From: Gemmatimonadaceae bacterium
Lineage (GTDB): Bacteria > Gemmatimonadota > Gemmatimonadetes > Gemmatimonadales > Gemmatimonadaceae
NCBI GenBank assembly: GCA_044224875.1
Contig: JBGAJQ010000049.1
Location: 1 to 39,564, forward strand
Direction: 5' to 3'
Length of the DNA stretch: 39,564 nucleotides
A program made the translations under genes and the position numbers. Each line of letters opens with the position of its first letter. Within the stretch, counting starts at the first letter, position 1. Shown here piece by piece: positions 24,479 through 33,622 of this stretch. A model generated the notes under the pieces. The model made no database searches. It was not told the DNA's origin and saw only the letters and a list, made by a program, of their open reading frames with translations.

Positions 24479-25933
24479 ATGATCGAACGAACGGAGCATC
24501 GGGCCCCGAGTGCCGACGGCCTGGCCCAGGCGGAAGCACAGGTCGAGGCACACAGCGCCTCGCTAAAGAAGGAACTTGGCGTTCGCGACCTCGCGCTCAC
24601 GCAGATCCTGTTCATACCGGGACTCACATGGATTGGCGTGGCCGGCAAGCTGGGGCCATCGCACGTCGTGTTCTGGCTCGTGGCCATGCTCCTGTTCTAC
24701 CTGCCGACGTCGGTCGTGGTGATTTACCTCAATCGGTTGATGCCGCTGGAGGGCGGACTCTACCAGTGGGCCAAGTTGGGATTCAACCAGACCGTCGGCT
24801 TCATGCTGGCGTGGAACCTGTGGTTGTATGTCATCGTGTTCACGTCCGAGATCGGGCTGCAATGTGCGACGTACCTGGCGTATGCCATCGGTCCGAGTGC
24901 GTCGTGGATGACGAGCAGCACCTGGTTCGCAGCCTTGGCGACGGCGGCGATCCTGGCGCTCATGGTCCTGGCGTCCACGATCGGCCTCCAAGTCGGCAAG
25001 TGGGTGCATAACACCGGCGGCACGTTCATGCTGATCGTGTTTGCGGCGGTGATCCTCGTGCCATTTCTTGGACTCATCACGGGCAACCTGGGGGCGTTCC
25101 ATCCCCTTCGAACCAGCGTTCCCGAGCTCTCACTCTACAACCTGAACATCCTGGGGAAGATGGGGTTCGGGGCGTTAGGCGGATTTGAGTACATCGCAAT
25201 CCTGGCTGGCGAGACGCGCTCGCCGGCCCGTTCGGTTGGGCGCTCGGTGCTGATCGCCGCACCGGTCATTGCGCTCATCTTCGTGATGGGAACCGCGTCT
25301 GTCGTCGCGTACATCCCTAACGAACAGATCGACCTGATCGCGCCGGTGGCGCAGGTCCTTCGCGCCGGATTCGGTCCGTTCGGCATCGTGGGTCCGCTCG
25401 TGACCGTAGCCATCCTCATGACGCTCGGCATGCGATTGGGCCAGGCCAGCGTGGCCTTCACGGCAGTCACCCGACTGCCGATGGTGGCCGGCTGGGACCA
25501 GCTGCTACCGTCCTGGTTCGCCAAGCTGCACCCAACGTACAAGACACCGGTGAACTCGATCGTGTTGGTGGGCTTCTGCTCGCTCACCATCGCACTGATC
25601 AGCTTCATCGGTGTGGGGCAGGCCGAGGCGTTTCAACTGCTGTTCAACGCCAGCGGCATCTTCTACGCGCTGACCTATGTGGTGATGTTCGCGATCCCCA
25701 TCATTGGCCTCGCTGGAGTGTCCCCGCGTCCGCCGTTGTGGCTGCGGCTGGCGTCTCTCTCCGGGTTGCTCATGACCGTGCTGTACATCATCCTCTCGGT
25801 GTTCCCCATCATCAAGGTGGACAGTGTGATGACGTTCGCGCTCAAGATCACGCTGTTGATCCTGGGGTTGAACCTGGTTGGTGTCGTCGTGTTGGTTTCG
25901 GCAAGGCGGAGGGCTTCGCGCACCGCGGCTTGA
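24479..25933 (+). CDS. APC family amino-acid permease
   Basis: LKKELGVRDL, PLEGGLYQWA, GGFEYIAILAGE, LHPTYKTP; about 12 hydrophobic segments. Start at ATG 24479 after GAGGA. Confidence 0.9.
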   Translation: MIERTEHRAPSADGLAQAEAQVEAHSASLKKELGVRDLALTQILFIPGLTWIGVAGKLGPSHVVFWLVAMLLFYLPTSVVVIYLNRLMPLEGGLYQWAKLGFNQTVGFMLAWNLWLYVIVFTSEIGLQCATYLAYAIGPSASWMTSSTWFAALATAAILALMVLASTIGLQVGKWVHNTGGTFMLIVFAAVILVPFLGLITGNLGAFHPLRTSVPELSLYNLNILGKMGFGALGGFEYIAILAGETRSPARSVGRSVLIAAPVIALIFVMGTASVVAYIPNEQIDLIAPVAQVLRAGFGPFGIVGPLVTVAILMTLGMRLGQASVAFTAVTRLPMVAGWDQLLPSWFAKLHPTYKTPVNSIVLVGFCSLTIALISFIGVGQAEAFQLLFNASGIFYALTYVVMFAIPIIGLAGVSPRPPLWLRLASLSGLLMTVLYIILSVFPIIKVDSVMTFALKITLLILGLNLVGVVVLVSARRRASRTAA

Positions 25934-25955
25934 TGGCGTTGCCGCCGCCCGTGCC

Positions 25956-27140
25956 TCAGGACGGCAGCAACGTCTCCTCGCAACGCAGCTGAACACCCCG
26001 CAGCGCCAGTTCGTCGCGCAACATCGGGTACGGCACGTCCCTGAGTGGAGCGATGATACCCGGCCCCACCATCGCACCACTGCCAAGCCATTGCGCACCG
26101 ATCGACGCGGTGAAGCCGACGGTGCGGCTCATCCCGGATAGGCCGGTCTCGAGGTCCATACGGTCCACGAGCTCGTATCGCACTCGCGTGCGACGCCCGC
26201 TCTTCTGGCCGATGACGTCCACACGCACGATCGCGAGGTCTCGCTCACCAGGCCCGTACTGCAGGTGCGGCCCCAACGCGGCCGCCAGGTACCGCACGCG
26301 ATCCACCTCGTGACCGTCGACAAGTACAGGCTCCTGATCCAGCAGGTGCAGGTCCACCAACTTCTTCCAGAACTCGCAGTGCCCTGGCCATCGCATGGTG
26401 TAGCGTCCGGCCGCCCGGAGGCGTGCAGGATCCAACCCCGCGTCAATGGCGTAGTGCAGTGCGTTCCCATTGGGGTAGGCTTCCAGCGTTCCGAGACCTT
26501 CAACCTCCACAGGGTGCACGTGGGACGCAGCAAAGACATCGCGTCCGTCGATCTCGACAGCCTGGCCATCGACAATGGCAGTGGCGGGACGGCGATACGC
26601 TTGAAGCACCCCCTCGAAGGTCCATGAGACCTTGTACCTCAAGGGATTGTCAGCTGCAACAAGTTCGGGAATCCCCGACCCGTACGAGTGCATCTCGTCG
26701 ATCCGATCGAACGTTCGTACGGCGTCCCCAAGCATCACCAGGTCGATGCCAGGATCCAGCCCGAACTCGGGAAGGATCGTGACCCCTCGTTCCTTGGCTT
26801 TTGCTTCGAGCGCGTGAAGCGCCGGAGGCACATACATCGTATTCACGAGGTGCACGCCGTGGGCTATCGCCAACTCGGCCACCTGCGGAATGAACATTCG
26901 CGGCAGCAAGTCAATCGCTACGCCCGGACGCTCGCTCATCAGGCGAGCGACGCTGGCGCGATCCGACGCGTCGACGAACTCGCAACGGACGCGGGATTCC
27001 CATCCATGTCGGGCGACGAAGCCCTGCAAGGACGCCAGATCCACATCCGCAGCGATCACCTCTGTCACCAGGGAGGAACGCATCAAGTCGAAGAGCGCGG
27101 CCTTACCCTGCATGCCGACCCCGAGGAGCAGGACCTTCAT
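25956..27140 (-). CDS. Saccharopine dehydrogenase / lysine 6-dehydrogenase family oxidoreductase
   Basis: GVGMQG Rossmann motif, PEFGLDPGID, NPLRYKVSW, RYTMRWPGH, MSRTVGFTASIG. Confidence 0.9.
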   Translation of the reverse strand: MKVLLLGVGMQGKAALFDLMRSSLVTEVIAADVDLASLQGFVARHGWESRVRCEFVDASDRASVARLMSERPGVAIDLLPRMFIPQVAELAIAHGVHLVNTMYVPPALHALEAKAKERGVTILPEFGLDPGIDLVMLGDAVRTFDRIDEMHSYGSGIPELVAADNPLRYKVSWTFEGVLQAYRRPATAIVDGQAVEIDGRDVFAASHVHPVEVEGLGTLEAYPNGNALHYAIDAGLDPARLRAAGRYTMRWPGHCEFWKKLVDLHLLDQEPVLVDGHEVDRVRYLAAALGPHLQYGPGERDLAIVRVDVIGQKSGRRTRVRYELVDRMDLETGLSGMSRTVGFTASIGAQWLGSGAMVGPGIIAPLRDVPYPMLRDELALRGVQLRCEETLLPS

Positions 27141-27174
27141 GTCATCGCGCCGGCGGTGGGTAGCGGTGGTCGTC

Positions 27175-27736
27175 CTACTGCGGCCACAGCCACCCGAATA
27201 TGCCCGCTGTCAACAGCGCATACAGCAGGCCGTCCACCGTCGCCTTGATGGTGATGGACCAGGACCGGCGATACCAGATGGACATCTGCCATAACGACAA
27301 CGTATACCCGACAAACGCGGTGGTCCCAACAAACCGGAACACGTGGAGGTACGGCGCACCAGGACCAAACGCTCTACTCGTTAGGTATGCCGCGAAGATC
27401 CCGACGACGAGCAGGTACACGAACCATGCCCCCAGCGTTTGGGGAAAGTTGAACGCGCCATTCGGGCCTACGTTCAGGATCAGGTTGGGTCCCTTATTCA
27501 CCTTCTCCTGGAACTCCGGGCTCGACATCTCGGCGCGCGTCTGCGGACGCGGCACCATGTAATCGCCCGGCGGCAGGTTCAACCCTTGCAACGCCGACCG
27601 GACCTGGTCCTCGTTGGGCACACGCTGATAGTCATCCTTGTGCCACGGTGAGGCCATGTGGATCACTGAGCTCACCAGGAACACCAGCACGGCAGACAGC
27701 ACGATCGGTAGCCAGAGGGGAGGCGAGTGCGGTCAT
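27175..27736 (-). CDS. Conserved 4-TM membrane protein with apparent +1 frameshift at 27717-27720
   Basis: GGAG SD and ATG 27736. Removing one C from the minus-strand CCCC gives [27 protein letters not shown]..., joining the 27175-27702 ORF. Confidence 0.75.
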
Positions 27737-27983
27737 GGGTTGGGAACTCCGGTTGGAGGCGTCGAAGGGTCGTGCGGTGAGGGGATCGCTTCCGGCACAG
27801 GAAAGACTGTCCCGTCATGCCGGTTTGGGCAAGGATCAGCCCCGGCGAATGGAGGACGCGGCGAGTCGAATGTTGGCCCCAGTCTGTCGGAGGATGCCTT
27901 CGGACGCGAGGTTCTGGAGCACTGCCATGACTCCGCCGCACGATGGCACCCGACACCGACACCCTCAGGAACGAGCAGCAGCC

Positions 27984-29414
27984 ATGCGTCTACCTGTCGC
28001 CGTCACACTTCTGGCCCTGTCTGTTACGCCCCTCGCCGCCCAAGAGACACCGACCCAGCGAGAAGCCGCGAAGGATGTGCTCTCCAAGATGGCAGTGCTC
28101 GAGCAATCGCTGGATGTTGCCGGATTCGTGTCGCGCCTAACGGGCCCCAATCCGGCGCGCGACCAGGTGACGACACGAACGAAGGAGCTGATGGACACCG
28201 AACTCCTCGCGCTGAGCGATGATATCACCCGAAACCCCGAACACGGGTTCGTGGAGTTCAAGAGTGTCGAGAAGCTCACGGCGTACCTCAAGAAGCACGA
28301 CTTCTCAGTGACGATGGGGGTGGCTGGCATGAAGACCGCCTTTGTCGCCACCTACAACAAGGGACGGGGCAGCCCCAACCTGGGGGTCATTGTCGAGTAC
28401 GACGCCCTGCGCGGGACCAAGGGAGATTTCCACGGCGACCAACACAGTGCGCAGGGGCCCGTGGGATTGGCGGCCGCTGTCGCGATGTCCGAATACCTGA
28501 CTGCCGCCCGGCTTCCAGGTACGGTGACTGTCTATGGAGCACCGGGTGAGGAGATGGCGCCGCCGGATGCCAAGACCGAGATGCATAAGGCCAGCGTGTT
28601 CGCGGGCGCCGACATCCTCCTCCGAAGCCACGGAACGAGCACGACCACTCGCCCCGCGCCCGGCTTCGGCACCTGTTGCATGAACATCGTGGGCGCGAAG
28701 TACACGTTCAGCGGCGCGCCCGCGCACCAGATGACGGCATGGAATGGTCGCAATGCCCTCACGGCGGTCGTGCACCTCTTCGTGAACATCGACGGCATCC
28801 GGAGCAACCTGCGGCCCGAGGCACGCGTGCAGGGCGTCATTGTGGAAGGGGGAGCCGCACCGAACGTCGTCCCCGATCGCACGGTCGCTGATTTCTACAT
28901 CCGGTACCCCGATGCGGTGTACCTGGAGCAGGTGGTGGCCACGGTCGACGATGCGGCCCGCGCTGCCGCGTTAGGCACCGGGACCAAAGTCCAGATCGAC
29001 CACTACAGCGAGGCACGTGACGGCGTGTCGGTGGCCACCTTGGCAGAAGTCGGCTTCGCCTACATGAAGAAGTTTGGCGCGACAAATGTGCAGGACGCGC
29101 CGGCCAAGCCGCAGGGATACGAGGAGACGGGAAGCGTGTCGAGTGCGATTCCCGGACTCGGCTTCGCCGCCCAAACCTCCACGGCGCCTAACCACACGTA
29201 CGAAATGGAGTCCGATGCGCTGTCCGCCATTGGACACCAGGGATTCACGGTGGACGCGCAGGCCATGGCGGCCGTGCTCTTCGATTTCGCCACACACCCC
29301 GATTACCGGGCGGCCGTCAAGCGCGAATTCGACGGAATCCGGGCGCTCTTTGGCGAATATCAGGCGGCCTTACGCAAGGCGTATCCCGCACCGAAGGTGA
29401 TGGACCCGCAGTAG
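27984..29414 (+). CDS. Secreted M20 amidohydrolase (AbgB/PM20D2-like) with dimerization domain
   Basis: Signal MRLPVAVTLLALSVTPLAA-Q; NPEHGFVEFKS, EYDAL, HGDQH, PGEE, AWNGRNAL, GGAAPNVVPD. Start at ATG 27984. Confidence 0.88.
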   Translation: MRLPVAVTLLALSVTPLAAQETPTQREAAKDVLSKMAVLEQSLDVAGFVSRLTGPNPARDQVTTRTKELMDTELLALSDDITRNPEHGFVEFKSVEKLTAYLKKHDFSVTMGVAGMKTAFVATYNKGRGSPNLGVIVEYDALRGTKGDFHGDQHSAQGPVGLAAAVAMSEYLTAARLPGTVTVYGAPGEEMAPPDAKTEMHKASVFAGADILLRSHGTSTTTRPAPGFGTCCMNIVGAKYTFSGAPAHQMTAWNGRNALTAVVHLFVNIDGIRSNLRPEARVQGVIVEGGAAPNVVPDRTVADFYIRYPDAVYLEQVVATVDDAARAAALGTGTKVQIDHYSEARDGVSVATLAEVGFAYMKKFGATNVQDAPAKPQGYEETGSVSSAIPGLGFAAQTSTAPNHTYEMESDALSAIGHQGFTVDAQAMAAVLFDFATHPDYRAAVKREFDGIRALFGEYQAALRKAYPAPKVMDPQ

Positions 29415-29434
29415 GAGCCGTAGGGACGCCACGA

Positions 29435-30811
29435 TCAGCGGATCGTGATGAGGGCACTCCCCTGCCGGTTCTCGGACGTCGCGAAGATGTAGACGGTGCC
29501 GGGCGCGAGTCCGGTCACCTTGCCGGTCGCGTCCACCCTGGCGATGCTCGGGGCGCCGGACATCCAGGTCACGGCGCGGCCGGTCAGCACCCGGGACTGC
29601 GCGTCACGTGTGGTTGCAGTCAGCTGCAACACCTGAGAGACAAAGAACGCGCCCGTCGTGGGCGTTACGGTGACGGTGGCGACGGGAGGCGTCACGACCG
29701 TGAGGGCCGACGTGCCGGACTTGCCCTCGGCCGTGGCGGTGATCGTCGCCGTCCCCGGCGCGACGCCAGTGACAAGCCCTGTGGCATCGACGGTCGCCAC
29801 CGTCGCACGGCTTGTCCTCCAGGTGATAGTCCGCCCGCCGAGTACCGTACCCGCGGAATCCAGCGCATCGGCAGAGAGTCGAAGCGTCGTCCCCGTCAGG
29901 ACAGAGTCACGCGATGGGAGCACGACAATGGAGGCGATGGGCACGGGAATAACGGTGATCCTGGCGGTGCCCTTGATCCCTTCGCTCGTGGCTGTAATCG
30001 TCGCCACGCCGGGGGTGATGGCCGTGACCACGCCCGTTGTCGAGACAGTTGCAACTGACGGTGAACCGGTTGTCCACGTGACGACGCGACCCTTGAGGGC
30101 CGTGCTATCCGCCGCCAGTGTCGTCGCAGTCAGCGTGAAGTTCCGGGTCACGATCACGTTCTGCGAGGGTGGGGACACGACCACCGACGCCACCGGAACC
30201 GCCCGAACGGTGACGGTGGTGGTACCGCCCACGCCGTCCACGTTGGCCGTGACCGTCGCCGTGCCGGCGGAGATGCCCTGAATGGAGCCATCCGACGCCA
30301 CGCTAGCGATCGCCTGATTGCTGCTGGACCAGAGTGTCGCACGGCCTCGCGCGATATCCCCGGTTGCGAGGAGTGGGAGCGCCGTCAGCAACAACTTTGA
30401 TCCGATGAAGACGGCCGCCGGGTTCGGATTCACCCTCACCGACGTCACGGGAGCGGGAACCACCGACACGTAGACCACGGCCGATTTCCCCCGGCTACTG
30501 GCGGAGATGTGGCCGAGACCGGGACTCACCGCGGTCACCCGACCTGTGCCATCGACCGTAGCTGTTTGGGGATCAGCCGCCGACCAGTGAATGAGACGTC
30601 CGTCGATAAAGGCTCCAGACGCCAACTGTGCGCGTGCCTCGATGGTGCTGCTGGCGCCAACGGCCAGGGACATCGACCACGGGTCCACGAGCACCCGGCT
30701 CACGTCGCCCCCTGAGCCGACCGAACTACTGCACGAACCGGACAAGAGCGCGACGCCAAGTGGGAACGCGAAGAACCAACGGCGCTGGAGATCGTGGACC
30801 TTGGCGGGCAT
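29435..30811 (-). CDS. Exported protein/lipoprotein made of five tandem Big_2 Ig-like domains
   Basis: Five repeats of V..V.V.P...W.S....ATV...G.VT.V.PG.A.ITAT.EG..G; signal region ending LLSGSC. Start uncertain (30811). Confidence 0.85.
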   Translation of the reverse strand: MPAKVHDLQRRWFFAFPLGVALLSGSCSSSVGSGGDVSRVLVDPWSMSLAVGASSTIEARAQLASGAFIDGRLIHWSAADPQTATVDGTGRVTAVSPGLGHISASSRGKSAVVYVSVVPAPVTSVRVNPNPAAVFIGSKLLLTALPLLATGDIARGRATLWSSSNQAIASVASDGSIQGISAGTATVTANVDGVGGTTTVTVRAVPVASVVVSPPSQNVIVTRNFTLTATTLAADSTALKGRVVTWTTGSPSVATVSTTGVVTAITPGVATITATSEGIKGTARITVIPVPIASIVVLPSRDSVLTGTTLRLSADALDSAGTVLGGRTITWRTSRATVATVDATGLVTGVAPGTATITATAEGKSGTSALTVVTPPVATVTVTPTTGAFFVSQVLQLTATTRDAQSRVLTGRAVTWMSGAPSIARVDATGKVTGLAPGTVYIFATSENRQGSALITIR

Positions 30812-31131
30812 CGAGCGTGGCGGCGGAACTTGGGCTTGGAGCGAGTGGCAACTTCTCGACGGCGACACAGTCCGAACCTCTTGCCGCGAGACGACGTGAC
30901 GTGTTCGACGGAACGGCAGTAGGGTGCGCGCAAACTCACCGACAGTCCAGAGGTTCGGTCACCCTGACCGCAACGCGCCTAAGGTATTGCATCCGCGCGT
31001 ACGCAACGTGATCTGTCCGACATTCGCTGCGCACGCCGGTGCGGCGGCTGCTGGTTGTCGTGCTGGCCACGGATTCTCTTGGCTCACGTGGTGGGGCTGG
31101 GCTCGTGGCAGAAATCTCGTAGCTTCTCCGG

Positions 31132-32133
31132 ATGATTTATCGACTGCTTGGCCTCAGTGGCGTTCGGGTCTCCTGCCTCGCACTTGGCACCGACAACTTC
31201 GCGAACCCAACGCCGGAGCCGGAGTGCGCCGCCCTTCTCGAGCGGGCGATCGACGGTGGGATCAACTTGATCGACACGTCCAACAGTTATGCCGGCGGCG
31301 AGGCGGAGCGCATCATCGGCCGCGTGCTCCGAGACACGGGGCGGCGTCATGACGTCTTGATCGCGACCAAGGTCTACTACCCCACCGGACCTGGCCCCAA
31401 CGACCGGGGCAATTCTCGTCATCACATCGTGCGCGCCTGCGAGGATTCGCTGCGCCGGTTGCAGCTGGAATGCATCGACTTGTACCAGACGCACCGGCCA
31501 GACTTCGACGTGCCCCTGGAGGAGACGCTCCGCGCGTTCGACGATCTCGTCACGCAGGGTAAGGTGCGCTATGTCGGCAGTACGACCGCCCCGGCGTGGC
31601 ACGTGGTGGAGTCCGTGATGACGAGCGCACAGCACGGCCTGGTGAGAATCGTTTCCGAACAATCGCCGTACAACCTGTTGGACCGCCGGATCGAGAACGA
31701 ACTGGTACCGGCCTGCGTGCGACACGGGCTTGGCTTGCTCGTCTGGTCGCCGATGGCCATGGGAATGCTGGCGGGGCGGTACGCGGAGGGGCGTCCCGCC
31801 CCCCTGGACTCGCGCTTCGCACAGCGCGGCGGGATCTACGCAGAACGCGTGACTCCGGCCGGCGTTGCAGCTGGTAATCGCTTCGTTACGCTGGCGCGCG
31901 AGCATGGCTTGGATCCGGCCGTGGCGGCCGCGGCGTGGGTGAAGGACCAGCCGGGCATCACCGCGCCGATCATAGGGCCGCGCACGGTCGCTCAGCTGCA
32001 ACACCTGCTGCCCGCAGCCACCCTGCAGCTCCCGGACTCCTTCCGGACGGCCTGTGATGCGATCACTCCGCCGGGGGGTGTCACCGCTTCGTTCTTCAAC
32101 ACCGCACCCTGGATCAAGCAGGGCATCGTCTAG
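31132..32133 (+). CDS. Aldo/keto reductase
   Basis: [50 protein letters not shown]. Confidence 0.93.
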   Translation: MIYRLLGLSGVRVSCLALGTDNFANPTPEPECAALLERAIDGGINLIDTSNSYAGGEAERIIGRVLRDTGRRHDVLIATKVYYPTGPGPNDRGNSRHHIVRACEDSLRRLQLECIDLYQTHRPDFDVPLEETLRAFDDLVTQGKVRYVGSTTAPAWHVVESVMTSAQHGLVRIVSEQSPYNLLDRRIENELVPACVRHGLGLLVWSPMAMGMLAGRYAEGRPAPLDSRFAQRGGIYAERVTPAGVAAGNRFVTLAREHGLDPAVAAAAWVKDQPGITAPIIGPRTVAQLQHLLPAATLQLPDSFRTACDAITPPGGVTASFFNTAPWIKQGIV

Positions 32134-32423
32134 CCGGCCACGCGCATACGGCGTCCTCAGACGCCGAAACTGTCTCGCAATCGAGTGCGCTGGTGCAATA
32201 CCGCACTCGACGGCACACGCCCACTCGGCTCGCGACGCCATGCCGTCATCGCCGTCGTCGAGAGAGCTCCCAGCGAAAGCCAGCGGAAGGCATTCGCTCC
32301 CCAGGCACGCCATCGCGCCAATCGCAGAGTCCGCGCGAGAGATGCTGTGTCACGCACTTCTCGCCAAGGTTATGTTCGAAGCGCTGAATGACGGCCATCA
32401 CTTTTGCAACGGAGCATCGCACG

Positions 32424-33614
32424 ATGTCGGGTGACAAGGGCACGATCGCAATTCTCACTGGTGGCGGCGACGTACCGGGGTTGAACCCGGCGATCCGCGC
32501 GATCACCATCCGTGCCTCCCGTGAGGGATATCGCGTGATCGGGATCCGCCGTGGTTGGGCCGGCCTGACCGACTACGTCCGCGACAAGGGTGCCGACAAC
32601 AGCGACAACATCCAGGTGCTGTCCGAGGCCATCGTGAATCGCGCCGGGCGCACCGGCGGGACCTTCCTCCATACCTCGCGCACCCGTCCCAGTCACCTTC
32701 CGCGCGAGCGCATACCGAAGCACCTGACGGGATACGACAAAGACATCAACGACATCACACCGGACATCCTCAAGAACCTGGAACACATCGGCGTCGACAC
32801 CCTCATTCCCATTGGGGGCGACGACACGCTGAGCTACGGCAAGCGGCTGCACGACGAGGGGGTGAATGTCGTCGCGATCCCGAAGACCATGGACAACGAC
32901 GTGTACGGGACCGACTACTGCATCGGCTTCAGCACCTGCGTCACGCGCACGATCGAGCTGACGCACACCCTGCGGACGTCGGCGGGTTCACACGAGCGGT
33001 ACCTCGTGATCGAGGTCTTTGGCCGTTACGCCGGCTTCACTGCCCTGCTCCCCACCATGGCTGGCGCCGCCGACCGCTGCGTGATTCCCGAACACCCGGT
33101 CGATGTCGAGCACCTCGCCGAACTGCTCACGTACGATCGCAACCGGCATCCCAGTCGTTACGCCGTGGTATTGGTCTCCGAGGGCGCACGCCTAACGTCG
33201 CATGAAGGAATGAGCTTCGAAGGCGCCGAGACGGATATGTTTGGTCATCGGAAACTCGGCGGAATCGGCGACACCGTCGCGGCTGCCCTCAAGGAGTCAT
33301 CCGCGAAGTACAACAACGGCCGGCGCATCGACGTCGTCAACCAGCGGCTCGGCTACCTCGTGCGGTCGGGCGATCCTGACGCGCTCGACTCCATCGTCCC
33401 GATGGCCTTCGGGAACCTCGCGTTGGACCTGATCCTGAAGAAGCAGTTTGGCCGTCTGGTCAGCATTCACCGAGGGTTCTACGACAGCGTGCCCATCACA
33501 CGTGTCACGTCGGAAAAGAAGGTCGTGGATGTGTCCCGCTACTACAACACGGACCGTCTGCGCCCCAACTACGATTTCGACGGAGCGCCGCTGTTCATCA
33601 TGACGAGTGACTAG
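32424..33614 (+). CDS. pfkA: PfkA-family 6-phosphofructokinase, probably pyrophosphate-dependent
   Basis: TGGGDVPGLN, GGTFLHTSR, IGGDDT, PKTMDND, EVFGR, LGYLVRSG. GGAG SD before ATG 32424. Confidence 0.92.
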   Translation: MSGDKGTIAILTGGGDVPGLNPAIRAITIRASREGYRVIGIRRGWAGLTDYVRDKGADNSDNIQVLSEAIVNRAGRTGGTFLHTSRTRPSHLPRERIPKHLTGYDKDINDITPDILKNLEHIGVDTLIPIGGDDTLSYGKRLHDEGVNVVAIPKTMDNDVYGTDYCIGFSTCVTRTIELTHTLRTSAGSHERYLVIEVFGRYAGFTALLPTMAGAADRCVIPEHPVDVEHLAELLTYDRNRHPSRYAVVLVSEGARLTSHEGMSFEGAETDMFGHRKLGGIGDTVAAALKESSAKYNNGRRIDVVNQRLGYLVRSGDPDALDSIVPMAFGNLALDLILKKQFGRLVSIHRGFYDSVPITRVTSEKKVVDVSRYYNTDRLRPNYDFDGAPLFIMTSD

Positions 33615-33622
33615 GGGCAACC

